Below, one piece after another: positions 31,025 to 43,041 of a stretch of 64,000 nt of DNA (its first letter is position 1; every line of letters begins with the position of its first letter). This DNA comes from Flectonema sp. DT1601 (taxonomy: Eukaryota). Under the pieces are notes generated by a model, which saw only the letters and a program-made list of their open reading frames with translations, was not told the origin of the DNA and made no database searches. The stretch spans positions 1,116,001 to 1,180,000 of the forward strand of contig OZ025784.1 of NCBI GenBank assembly GCA_964019425.1. The letters run 5' to 3'. Position numbers and translations under genes: made by a program.

Positions 31025-33684
31025 CAGACAGTGTTAGAGACGGCTGACACCACCAATTTTTGTCAAAGAGAGTTTTGTTAAATTAGACAACAAGAATTGC
31101 TTCTTAACATTACTAAACAGAAGATACGCTAAAATGCATGATAACAATAATGGAATAATTTAATACAGATCCATGTCAAGGGGATCAAGGGCATCAGCAA
31201 CAAGAACAAAGAAAAACATAAATGAATACCGACGAGAATGTATTCCAACGAAGATAAAGAAACTGAAAAATCTCGAAAGACGCGAACTAATGTCCGTCTT
31301 TCTTTTTTTTTTTTTTTTTTTTTTTTTTGATTGCGTTATGTCACTACATCTGATTCCAATTTATTTCCGGTTTTCCTTTTATTTTATTCTTTTATTTTTA
31401 TAAAACAAGATAAAGTGACAGTGCTGTTCCGTGTAACAGTTTCAGTCCATAATCTCGTTTTAGAAGTCACTTTTTTTTTTTTTTTTTTTTTTTGGCCTTT
31501 TTTACATGTTAGTCAGTAAGCAGTCAACCGAGTATCGTTGGGCATACGCTCAAACAGAAACAGCGTAGCCCTTATACCCCGGTAGAAAGGTTGGACCATC
31601 CCACAGAGGATTACTTTATTAGTTTCGTATAACTAAATTAAGAGATTAGTAACTACACGTGTTTTGGTTGGTAGCAATATGAATATTTCCAAAGCTCTGC
31701 ATGAGTTGGTTCACTACAAAAAAAAAAATACGCTTCGTATGCGTTGATAAAAGAAAACACCAGCTAACAATAATCATCAAGGAAAAATTTAAATTAAAAG
31801 AACCTTAAAGGAGGAGGGATGAAAAAAAAAGAAGGAAAAAGAAAAAAAAGGGCAAACATACAATAATATATTAGTTTAGCATTCACTCATGGAAGTCGAA
31901 CACACTTAGTAAAACTCTTTGAACGCGGAGATGATGAAGGAAAACTCTTATTTTGTTTTTTTTTTCAAAGTAAGAAGACGGGGACGGAAAATAATAATAA
32001 ACAAACAAACAAAAAAAAAAAAAAAAAATGAAAACGTTTTTTCATTTGCTGTACGACTACATGACGAGAGGGGAGGGGATGGGGGAAAAGCATCGGCCAC
32101 TAAGTCGAAGATAGCTGAAAGAATTTCTCAACTTTTGGGGAAAAGAATTAACTTTATTGAAGCAGACAATAAAGACTATCTCCTCAACGAGTTGTTCTCT
32201 GAACTACATGTAGCAAGCAAGCAAATAAAAAAGAAAAATAAGAAAAAAATAATAATTATCACACAGGAAAACTGACTTTTTTTTTTTTTTTTATTAGCCA
32301 GGAAAGTAATAAAGGGAAAAAAGAATAATTCCACTTTTTTTTTTTTTTTTTTTTTTTTACTTTTTTTTTTGTGTTTTTTTTTTTTTTTTTGTATTTGAGT
32401 TGTTTTGAATATTTATTAATTAATTATTCCTTCATTCATTTATTTGTTTCTCATTTTTTTTTTTTTTTTTTTCTCAAAGGAAAGATGATGTCACAACTAA
32501 TAGCAGTCTGACATTGAGAAGAGTTTCTTGCCACACTATTGAACTAGCGACCACGAAACTATTTTCATTCACACGAAGTGGGAGGGGAATGAGGGGTTAT
32601 TGGTACGGGGAAACCTTATAAGGCAAGTATTGCAAAAAACAGAAGAAAAGGGGGAAAATAAATAAATAATACGAATCAGCTTCGGAAAAAATGAACAATG
32701 AATTCCTCAAATTTTCTGAACAATGACAATCATAAGAGGAAAAAACACCATGAAAAAAAAAAGTTTTTTTTAAAAAAAAAAGCCTTGAAAGTTTTGTTGT
32801 ATGTCACAAAATGACCAGATTTGAAAAAACAAAATTCAACAAAAATACGGGATGGCATGCAATGCAAGTCTATTTCCAATGAAGAAGAAAATTCAACACG
32901 GAAGTTATCTTTTCTTCGTTTCTTTTTTTTTTTTTTTTTTTTTTTTTCCTGCTGCGCAATTTCCGAGCATCACCCTTAAACAAAGAAGAAAAACAGACAG
33001 GGACGGGAATTTTTTTTTTTTTTTTTTTTGCTTCTTCTGGGTGATTCAGAAAATCAAAACTACAGTTGTGGTCTTTCTTGGTTACAAGATTTCGAACATA
33101 CCAGGATGCATGTGCGCCAAATGAATGGTGGAGAACAACTTATCGGTTAGAACTACTTGGGTTTTTTTTAAAAAAAATAAAAATAAAAATAAAAAAGAAA
33201 AAATCAAATGTTGTTGTTGGAAGAAATCGTATTGGACCTCCGCACTTCTCTATGCTGGAAAAAAATCAAACACACAACTAAAAAAAAAAAAATGATGGTT
33301 CACAGTTGTAGTATTTGCTCGCATTTCAGTAGAGGGAGTATCGAAAACACATCCCCCAATGTGGTTGTAACAAAGCTTCTTAATGAATATCATTTCAGTT
33401 TGTCACAGGCTGTTCCTTCGACGTCCGAAGATGATCTTTTTTTTTTTTTTTTTTTCTAATTTTCTTATTTACGTAGGCAGTACTCTGATTTAAAGTATTA
33501 GAGAAGGAGAAGAAGAAAAAAAAAAAGAAAAATAGGTGGCCTTTTTTCGTGTGAACAAGATCAAGATTTTCATCTTTTCACTGCTACCGAAACAATGGCA
33601 CAAACTTTTTTTTTTTTTTTCTTCTTTTTTTTTTCTAAAAGATAAACAAACGTTCGGTGGAGATTAGTTAAAAAAGTGATGTGT

Positions 33685-34565
33685 CATCCCTCCATCGTTG
33701 TATGCGTGTAAAGCATTTAAACCATGGCTGTTTTTTGTTTCTTTTTTTCGGTTTAAGTTGCCGAGGAACTTAATAAAAGAATACCAGTTTGGGATATTTT
33801 TAACTCTTCTATGTCTGAATAGCAATTTTTTTTTTTTTTTTTTTAAGCCTAGGAAGCCAAAAGCCAGGAAAAGCTCACTGGGTAACAGTTATATCGCTAC
33901 CAGCAACCAAAATTTTCACACGAAAAAGATCGAGCAAAAAAAAAATATGCAAAAACTTGTGGCATTCCAGTAATACTGAATATGTGTAAACAGATGTTCA
34001 AAAAAAGAATTAAAAAATTTTAACGTTCGCGGGATAGGTTACAAAATGATGCGACCCATCCCTATCGTTGTCTGTGTATGAAGCATTTAAACCATGACTG
34101 TTTTTTTTTCTTTTCTTTGGTTTAAGTTACCGAAGAACTTAATAAAGAATACCAGTTTGGGATATTTTTAACTCTTCCATACCTGGATAAGCAATTTTCA
34201 CACGAAAAGATGGCTTTCCAGTAATACTGATTTTTCTTTTGCTTTATTTACGAAACAAAAAAAAAGAAGAGAAAAAAAAACAGATTCTCAAAAAAGAATT
34301 AAAAAGTTTTAACGTTCGCGGGATAGGTTACAAAATGATGCGACCCATCCCTATCGTTGTCTGTGTATGAAGCATTTAAACCATGACTGTTTTTTTTTTT
34401 TTGTTTTTTTTGGTTTGTGTTACCGAAGAACTTAAAAAAAGAACACCAGTTTGGTGCTTTTTAGCGATACATAAATAGCTATTTTTCACACAAAAGTATG
34501 CAAAAGAAATCGTAGCTGTGCAATAATATTGATTTCTTTGTTCTTTACGAGAACAAAAAAAAAAG
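33685..34565. repeat. Diverged tandem triplication, ~289-bp unit
   Basis: Units start with catccct..atcgttg at 33685, 34057 and 34346; the first unit carries an extra insertion. Confidence 0.85.
33830..33910 (-). mobile_element. 5'-truncated, poly(A)-tailed copy of the same SINE-like repeat, with an AATTTT target-site duplication
   Basis: aatttt at 33824-33829 and 33911-33916; the sister tandem unit shows the empty site gcaattttcacacg. Confidence 0.8.
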
Positions 34566-34989
34566 AAATGTTGTTTGGCTAAGTGAATAAGCCATACAAC
34601 CCCTGGGTAGTCCCGAAATCCGACGATTTTTTCGTGGGATTGGTGGTGATAACATCAACACAAATTTTTTTCTGTGGAGAAAAAAATATTTTATTTACTA
34701 AATTTTCTGTCTTTGGAAAAAACAGATACAGAAAAGCTTCATTACAATGTCTTTAACACTCAGTAGAGATGTCTATCTCTAAATTTGTTGAGTTAGAATT
34801 ATCTAATCCTTTGGACAAGTCGAACAACCTTGCCCAAGAGAGAGCCCATGTTTGTACGGGAGGTCTATTTCCCGCGTAGAATTGGTAGTGTGTACACTTA
34901 AGCTAGTGAGAACTGGATTTGGAAGTTTAAAAATGTGATGCTTATTTTTGACATCACTCCTCCCCAATACTGTTCAATAATATCATGAA

Positions 34990-35025
<36 letters not shown>

Positions 35026-36368
35026 GGATACACACATAACATTCAGCTATTTTCCTGATAACATTGTTGACCAAAATGTAATGAGCGTAGAATAGATAAA
35101 ACACACTGCAAAATGCCGTAAAACACTTTACATTTATGAACAATGTTTCTGTGTTGGAATTCAGTGCAAGTACGAGATTGAACTATTTAATTACTTAAAT
35201 AGTTGTGAGTCCTGAGAAACCAAAACCAAAAGGTATAATGTAATACGGCAGAGTGTAGGTTTTTCACCTATTTTAACTACTTGTTAATAAGCAAACAAAT
35301 TCTTTATTTTAAAAAAATAAAAAAAGAGGACCGTTAACTAACGTTGCTAACGTTTAAAAAAATGAGGGAAAAAAAAAACAGTGGAAATGACGACATTGGT
35401 ACTCGAAGAAAAAAGAAACGCAGAATAAATGAAATAAAATAATAATAATCCAGCATAGAAATCAACGGAGGGGGAGGACTTAATACGATTAAAAATTAAC
35501 AACGAAAGGGGAGGGGGGGGAGATTGCTTGAAACTGGTGTTAATATGTAACCTTCCTCAGCAAAAGGAAAAGACATAATACTATGAACACCCAGTCTTTT
35601 TTTTTTTTTTTTTTTTTTTTTTGCACTTAACGTGCATCATTGGATTATGAGCTACAAGAAAATGCTGAGAAACTTTTTTTTCAGCTTTAAGTCGCTCAGC
35701 TATAACACCAGCGTCTTGTGGGAACCACAAAACTGCCATCTTTTTTTTTTCTTTTATTATTTCTTTTTTTTTTTAAAATCGAAATCTAACAGTTGTGATA
35801 GAAACGGCGTAATGGAAGAAGCTACCATCAGCTGGAAAGATGTATTTTTTTTTTTCTGTTTTTTATTTCAGATTAAAATATCAAAAAATATAAAAAAAAG
35901 ATGACTTGTCTGATATTGAACCTCTTGCAATCCAAATAGTTTTTATTTATTTTATTTGTTTTTATTTATGTTTTTTTTTTTTTTTTTTAGGTAGAGGAAG
36001 TATTTCCCCCACGAAGTATTACTCTCAATAGATTTTAAAAAAAAAAAAGAAAATATGTGAATTAGATTTTTTGTTGTAGCATCTCTCATAATTATTTCTT
36101 CTCATTGATGGAAGAACAAAACAATAAAAGAAAAAGAAAGAAAAGAGAAAAACATCCGAAATGATGAATTTCATTTTTTTTTTTTTTTTTTGTGTGTATA
36201 CAATTTAATTTCAAACAAAAGCATAATTGAAGAAAGATTACTGCTGACAGTTTTTTGAGCAAACCTTGTTAAGCTTTCCATGCGGGTTGGAATTGCCAAT
36301 TTGCCATTCAGGATAGTTGCAGAAAAGAAGAAAAATAATTTCCACTTAAGCAGCCATGAACTCCGTAC

Positions 36369-36617
36369 TCAAAGAACTCTGGTTATAGTTAACACAGGGA
36401 CGCTGTAGTCAGTTGTAAAAGTCGCAAAACTCTCTCTTACAGGTGTCCGTTCTTTAAGACTTTGCTCAACAGTTTCACCGTGTTCATCTAACTTCTTTAA
36501 GAACCGTTCCATAACCGTTTCAAAACCACTCGGAGATTCACGCTGCTGCTCAGCCAGCTTCATAGCCTGCTTTATTCTAAATATGTCTGGTTTTGAGCTG
36601 TTTCTGTGACCAGTCAT
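36369..36617 (-). CDS. Small hypothetical protein (82 aa), paralog of 40276-40515
   Basis: Shares K.AM...S.G....M.RFL.KLD.HGE..E.....F...DY.V with the 79-aa ORF; same strand as all genes; ctcaacAG acceptor and aaaATG context. Confidence 0.7.
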   Translation of the reverse strand: MTGHRNSSKPDIFRIKQAMKLAEQQRESPSGFETVMERFLKKLDEHGETVEQSLKERTPVRESFATFTTDYSVPVLTITRVL

Positions 36618-38213
36618 TTTGGTTTTTTAAGGGTTTGGGCTGTTGAGTTGAATGAATTATATCTTTTTTAAAATTAGCTCATGATGAAAACAAAAGTATC
36701 AGGTAAGATAGACGTCAGTTTATATGGACCATTAATGTTCCTGTCAGAAATAAGATAAGATCATGTTTCGACAAACAATCAAATAAATAATTTTTTTTTT
36801 TTTTTTTTTTAAAAACAACAAAGACACGATTGTCCACAAAATAGAGCGTCTTTGGGGGGGAAAAAAAAAATGAAAAATAGATTTGGAAGAAGGGTTAGAG
36901 TCGGGAAATTATTTTTTTTTTTTTTTTTTTTAATGTAATTAATTTGTGCTTTAACGGGAAACCAAGACTGATCGAAAGAAAGTAGTCTGATCCCACCTGT
37001 AGTTTTAGTGATGTTTAAGATTAAATCTTTTTTTTTTTTTTTTTTTTTTTTCCTTTCCTCCCCAATATTTTCTCACCAATGAGGAAAAATATTAGAGGGG
37101 GGGAAAACAAAAAACGTTAGCTGCAGAGAAAAAAAAATCTCCTGATTGGTAAATTAATGTCAACGGGTGAAACTCTTGACAATGAAAAAAACAGTACAAA
37201 AATTAATGTCAAGTATTTAACTGGAAAAAATATTTTGTATTTGTCAATCAAAGAAAAGGTAGTGTTTAGGGAAATTGATATCAAGAGGGAGGGTAATTCG
37301 AAAATTTGATACCTGTCAAAGGAACAACAATTTCTCTGACAATCTAAACTGCCAGTGGCAGCGTAGCAAATGAATACAAATAAATAAAGGGACTTGAGAT
37401 GAGTAGATCAAAAAAGAAAAGGTCGGAGGGTGATACTATAGAAAAAAAACAGCAATAATAAATTTTTTTCATGAAAATATTCTTTTTTTTTTTTTTAAAG
37501 GAGATAAGAAACACTTTTATTTTCTCCCTCAAAAAAAAAACAAGTATTTATTTATTTATTTATTATTATTATTATTATTTTTCAATTCTCATTGCACCCC
37601 CGTTGTCGGAGTTAGTAAGGAAGATGGAAATTACTGGAAGAAGCAACACATGCGACAACATGCAACGAATGGACAGCACGATAAATAAAACACATAAACA
37701 CACGCCTTTTTCAAGCACAGTACTCAGGCGGAATAAATACTGCGCTCTTTTTAAGAATTTATATAAAAAAAAAAGAATTGAAAGAACAAGACATAGGCAA
37801 GAAACGTGTCTCATAACCCTGCATAAAATTCGTGTCGATTACAGCAGCGTCACGACTAAAGTCGTGGGGGGTTTCTTTTTTTTTTTTTTTTTTTTTCTCT
37901 CTAAATAAAGTGATGACACTCACAAAAAGACATTACACACGTGTTTTTAGTAAGATGGTCAGTTTTTTAAACATAAAAAAAAGAACTAACTCGAAATTGC
38001 AAACACCAAACATAAGAATTCTTTTTGAGCATCTAATTATTGGTTACTCCACACATAAGTCGTAAGAAAGTAACATTCTTTAAGAATTACTACTTTTGCA
38101 ACAGAAAACATTGCTCAACGAAGCCTCTGCTTGCTGTTGTTCCTTGCCAACCACAAACTCAAGTAAACCACACTCGCAATGCAGATGAGACACGTTATAA
38201 AAATCAACGGGAG

Positions 38214-38251
<38 letters not shown>

Positions 38252-39666
38252 TGCATTTTTTCTGACTAAAAAAAATAAAATAAAAAATAAAAACGGAAAG
38301 ATAAGTTGATTGGAAGAAACAAATTTTTTTTTTTTAATCGAAAACAAAAAGAAGTCGGGTGGCGCGAAAGATTCGCAGCTGATTTTATCTTTTTTTTTTC
38401 TTTTTTTTTTTTTTTATTCTATTTCTTTCTATTTTTTTTTCCAGAAATAGTGGTACGTAGTGAAAAAAAATAATAATACAACAGCACAAAATAATAATCA
38501 AACAAACTTTTAAATAGGAAGAATTTAATTCTTCCTATTCTTACTGAGAGCATACACAAAACACCCCACAACCCCCACAGTTGGGAATCTTGAGAGTGTT
38601 AGAAAAAATGAGAAAAGATGAAGCAGCTCAGCTATCCATTCCCCGTTAGAGAAAAGAGAATAAAAGAAATTCGCTTTTACAACACGACACGGAAAAACAA
38701 TCAATAATGCAGTCGAACGAATGATACTGGAATACAACGGGCATTTAAGTAAGTTATTGTTTTTTTTTTTTTTTCTTCTAAGTATTTTTTTCTTTCTTGA
38801 ATAATTAAACATCGTTTAAAATATAAATCTGAAAAGAATAGAGAATTTGCAGCTGAACAAAAGTCTCTGAAATCGTATCTGAAATAGTAATTATTAGTAA
38901 TATTATTACACAATGATAGAGCGAGGCAGCAACGTAATTGAGTCGCAACCAACTCATCGTTGGTAGCGAAACAATCTCATTGTTTTCACATTTTCTTTTT
39001 TTTTTTTTTTTTCTTTTCTTTTCTTTTGATAATGTACAGAAATTAAAATTTCGATTTTTTTTTTTTTTTTTTTTTCTTTTAGATAACAGTAAAGGTAGAA
39101 CCACAGAGTAAAAACAAACTTGGATGTTTTCAACAGGGAACAACAACTTGCACTGCGTAGGGTCACAGCAAAGAACTAAAAAAAAAAAAAAAAAAAAAAA
39201 AATTCTCTCAATTGGAGTTTTAATTATAAGAGCAGACTTTTTTTTTCCTTCTTTTTTTTTCTTAACTGTACGGAAAAAGTTCATTCTCTGCCGTGACACA
39301 CGCATCCATTATAGCATGCAACAGCTTGATGTGACATAAAACATATTAAAAAAAATTCAGCAAAGGAAGTTAAACCTGCGGCTCACAACCGTCGGTGCCA
39401 CATGCTAAGCTGTTTAAACAGCAAATTGGGCTCAGCAACGTTCATGCAAGACTAATACAGAGATAACAACGGTTTTTAAGTGTACTCGTCATTGTTATAT
39501 AACTAGGAAGGCTTATACCCGCCGATTGAGATGTAAGTTTTTTTTTTGTAGTTACAAGTAGGAGTAGGAAGGCTTATGCCTGTTGAGTTTTTTTCAATAA
39601 TACAATATCAAAGCTGGGGTTTATACCCGTTGGTACCGACTGAAACACAATCACTGTTTTTGAATA

Positions 39667-39714
<48 letters not shown>

Positions 39715-40275
39715 CTTTCTTCGTTGTTCGTAGTTCGCTTTCTTTTGTCTTTTTTCATTCTCATATTCTCCTTTCCTTTTTTTTTTTTTTTTTTTTTTTT
39801 ATCGACAAAAAAAAAAAAAAAAAAGCAGGGTAGAGACAATGAGAGAGAGATTAGTATTACGTGCAGTAGGAGAAACAAGATTTAAAAAGCCCCGTGATTT
39901 GAAATAAGCAGATTATCTTTTATTTTTGTTCTCAGGGAATTAAAGTCAGGTTCTCTTTATGAAATGTTCACAACAATTTTCCAATCATTACTATTCTTAC
40001 CATGTTTTGCAAAACAATTAAGGGAACCATTTTAAAAAAAAAAAAAAAAAAGATAAGAGAGGTAAACAAAACGGGAAGGGTTTTTTTTTCTCTTTTTTTT
40101 CCCCTCGTTTTTTTTTTTTTTTTTTTAATTTTTTTTTTATTCACTTTCAAAAAAACATACAGCGGATTCACAGAGGGATTACAGTAGTAAAACAAGTTAG
40201 AGGAAGCAAACCCTACAAAAGGAGCGGTAATTGACGACTGTCCGATGTGAAATATAAGAAATGAGAAGTTGAAAC

Positions 40276-40515
40276 TTAGTATGCAGCATCTACTTTGTAA
40301 TCCCTCGATAGGAAAACAACTTTCTTTGATGGTTTAGTAAAGGCACGTTCGATACCCTCACCATGTTTGTCGAGTTTTGCTAAAAACCTTCCCATGGCAT
40401 CGGCAATTCCACCGCTTGTGTCCTCATTCTGGTATTGTACAAACATAGCTTTCTTAAGGTTTTCCATGTCCTCGCTGTTTACTGAGTTGGTTCTCTTGGC
40501 AGTGATGACGGTCAT
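40276..40515 (-). CDS. Small hypothetical protein (79 aa), paralog of 36369-36617
   Basis: MGRFLAKLDKHGEGIE versus MERFLKKLDEHGETVE; A-rich 5' leader and upstream AG. Confidence 0.7.
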   Translation of the reverse strand: MTVITAKRTNSVNSEDMENLKKAMFVQYQNEDTSGGIADAMGRFLAKLDKHGEGIERAFTKPSKKVVFLSRDYKVDAAY

Positions 40516-41269
40516 TATTTAATTTGTTGTTTTGAATTTTTTTTTTGTTAAATAGCTTTTGAAAGTAAGGTAATAATAAATAATAACAAAAAACAAAAAA
40601 AAATTCAGTACCGGAGCTGAATGACTTAAAAATCGGTCGGAAACGTCTTTTTTTTTTTTTTTTTTTTTTTTTTTTGTCCCCTCAGTTTGAAAATAATATT
40701 AAAAATTCACCTTAGCAGAATACAACTTTTTCGCGATTATTTTTGTTGTAAACTGAAGTTGCTTGATAACAGAAAGATACACACGCACACGGGAGCATCT
40801 TAACCCAAACACACGTATGCAACATACCACCAGATTAAAAAGAAATTTTGTAAAAACCATATCAGAGAGAAGCTATTTACGTCGTTTGAATCTTGTCGTA
40901 CAGCGAACAGTCTGAGAAGACGACACGATATAATGGCTCTCAATCTGAATGGTTTTTTTGGTACAAAAAAAAGGGGGAGACAATGAGGATAGTTCTGGCT
41001 GCCATCGAGTACGTGAACTCAACTAATACGAAGAAGAGACTTCATCGCTGCCTTTGACAATCTTCTTAGAAATAAATAATTAATCGGTGTATAAGTGTAC
41101 ATGTAGATGGGTTGAGAACTGTTTCCTATTTCATCAAAGCATTTAACGATGTAAGGGAATAATATTGATAACATTACTAGAAACCCGTAAAAAGGAAATT
41201 AATCGCCAATCAAAAAATCAGCTACTGGCTGTCGAGAGGAGGAGGAGGAGTGTAGTGACTGATATTTTT

Positions 41270-42748
41270 TTATTTATTTTGTCTTATTTGCTTATGAATT
41301 TGAACAGCAACTTGCTTTGCTTGTGGACGAATGTCTTTCACGGCGATAGTTTCCCACTCCGAACCTTTTCTTACTGGTCCAACTGCGAAGAAGTTTACAT
41401 TCGACTCGAGAGACTTTCTAAGTAGCTGACCTGTTGTGATGTTAACAAGCAAACCAATACCTGTCTGCTCCGGAGTTATTTTATCAGAAGACAGAAGGTT
41501 ACGGAATAATTTTGACGGAGGAGTCTTACGAAAGTCAAGCTGCGGACCAGTACAGTTGATGACATAATCGACTTCGAACTTATCATCTCCAACCTGAAGG
41601 TTAATTGGAGACTCAGCCCCGTCTACATGTTTCATATCCAGTAAGCTACCCTTGTGATGAGTTGCAGAAGATAGAATCCTATCCAAATCCTCGAGGATAC
41701 CTGGAGCTACTCTGTGACGTCTTATTTCGAACTCATCTCTCCACTTTGTTAGAAATAATTCTCTTTGCTGAGTTGACATACACATCCAAAGTTTGTTTGT
41801 GTACGGTCTCAACGAATCAAGAACAGATTGCCAAATCTCACTATTGTTTTGTAATTCTTTGCACTTGTTGATTAGCCTTTCAAACAAAGCGTCAACCAAG
41901 TCGGTACCTTCACCAAGAAGGTCAGGTCTGCCAGTGCCATCCTGAATGATGTCATCAGCAGTGCTGGGCAACTCAATTCCGAGAATCTCTGTCATGTCAA
42001 CAGGAGGAGCAAGTTCCTCAGCGTGGTTAGCAAACGGCATAAGACCTTTTCTACTAATAATATGAACATCACCAGTGTGATTTGTCTTTGTTAAGGTCAA
42101 CAAGACATCAACTGCAGTCAGTCGACTTCCTATTATAGCAACCCTCTGATCGCTGTCAACTATCGATGATAAGTCTGAAAGATGTCTCCACGGGTTTTGT
42201 AAATATCTTTTTGATTCGGAGTAGAATTTATCACAGCCATCAAACTGTAGGTTTGATGGTGAAAAATTACCAGAGCACAGCACTACATAGTCAGAGATGA
42301 TTCTCTTACCGTCGGACATAACAACCTCGCTGTCGGTAACATTCGCAACCTCTCCCCTAATTGTTTTTATTTCACAGTTCGGTGTTTCTGACATCACTTG
42401 CTGAATAGTTTCAGACAAGTATTGTCCCCACATCCCACGAGGGATGTGCATTTTTGTGGTTCCCCATTTGCAGTCAATTTCCTTTGATTCTCTCTTACCC
42501 TCTAACCATTGCATTAGATTGTCAGGTTCATCTTCTCTTGCAGACATTGCACAAGAAGGAATATTTATTAAATGCCATGGTGCTGGTGTTCCGTAGGCAA
42601 CACCCGCCCACCATTTTCTGTCGGTTTCTTTCTCAAATACGGTAATGATTAGTTTCTCATCCGCTGCTAAGTTCTTCATCAACTCCACGCAGGTCAACGC
42701 TCCGCTAACTCCACTTCCGATGACTGCAACGTTAGTGATTGCTGACAT
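41270..42748 (-). CDS. FAD/NAD(P)-binding oxidoreductase (bacterial-type FAD-NAD(P)-binding family)
   Basis: VAVIGSGVSG Rossmann motif, GVAYGT, HLIN.P...MS, PRG.WG.YL, IIGS.LTAVDV, ISRKGL.P, RHRVAP, VINCTGP, GP..KG..WE..AV.DIR.QA. Confidence 0.9.
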   Translation of the reverse strand: MSAITNVAVIGSGVSGALTCVELMKNLAADEKLIITVFEKETDRKWWAGVAYGTPAPWHLINIPSCAMSAREDEPDNLMQWLEGKRESKEIDCKWGTTKMHIPRGMWGQYLSETIQQVMSETPNCEIKTIRGEVANVTDSEVVMSDGKRIISDYVVLCSGNFSPSNLQFDGCDKFYSESKRYLQNPWRHLSDLSSIVDSDQRVAIIGSRLTAVDVLLTLTKTNHTGDVHIISRKGLMPFANHAEELAPPVDMTEILGIELPSTADDIIQDGTGRPDLLGEGTDLVDALFERLINKCKELQNNSEIWQSVLDSLRPYTNKLWMCMSTQQRELFLTKWRDEFEIRRHRVAPGILEDLDRILSSATHHKGSLLDMKHVDGAESPINLQVGDDKFEVDYVINCTGPQLDFRKTPPSKLFRNLLSSDKITPEQTGIGLLVNITTGQLLRKSLESNVNFFAVGPVRKGSEWETIAVKDIRPQAKQVAVQIHKQIRQNK

Positions 42749-43041
42749 TGTTGTAAATATCTTCTCTTATTTGAAAAAAAAAATATTAAAAACCTAATTG
42801 GATACCTGAATGAGTTTATAACGTTAGAGTAGTACATGATGCCTTGTTGTTGTAATTGTAGGTCTCTTGCTTAAAGGTTAAAATATAGTAAACACAACAC
42901 ATCAAGATACAATCGAAAATCCGTCAATCGTCGGAGAGGACACGAAAGACAGAACAGAACATAACAAAAGGGAATACACAAACAGATTAAAAAAATACAA
43001 TGGTATTCTATAAATGAAGAAAAAAAAGAGAGAGAAAAACC

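Noticed and set aside
24520..41260. Many 60-166-aa poly-Phe/poly-Lys ORFs
   Set aside because: Products of A/T homopolymer tracts with no coding signal.
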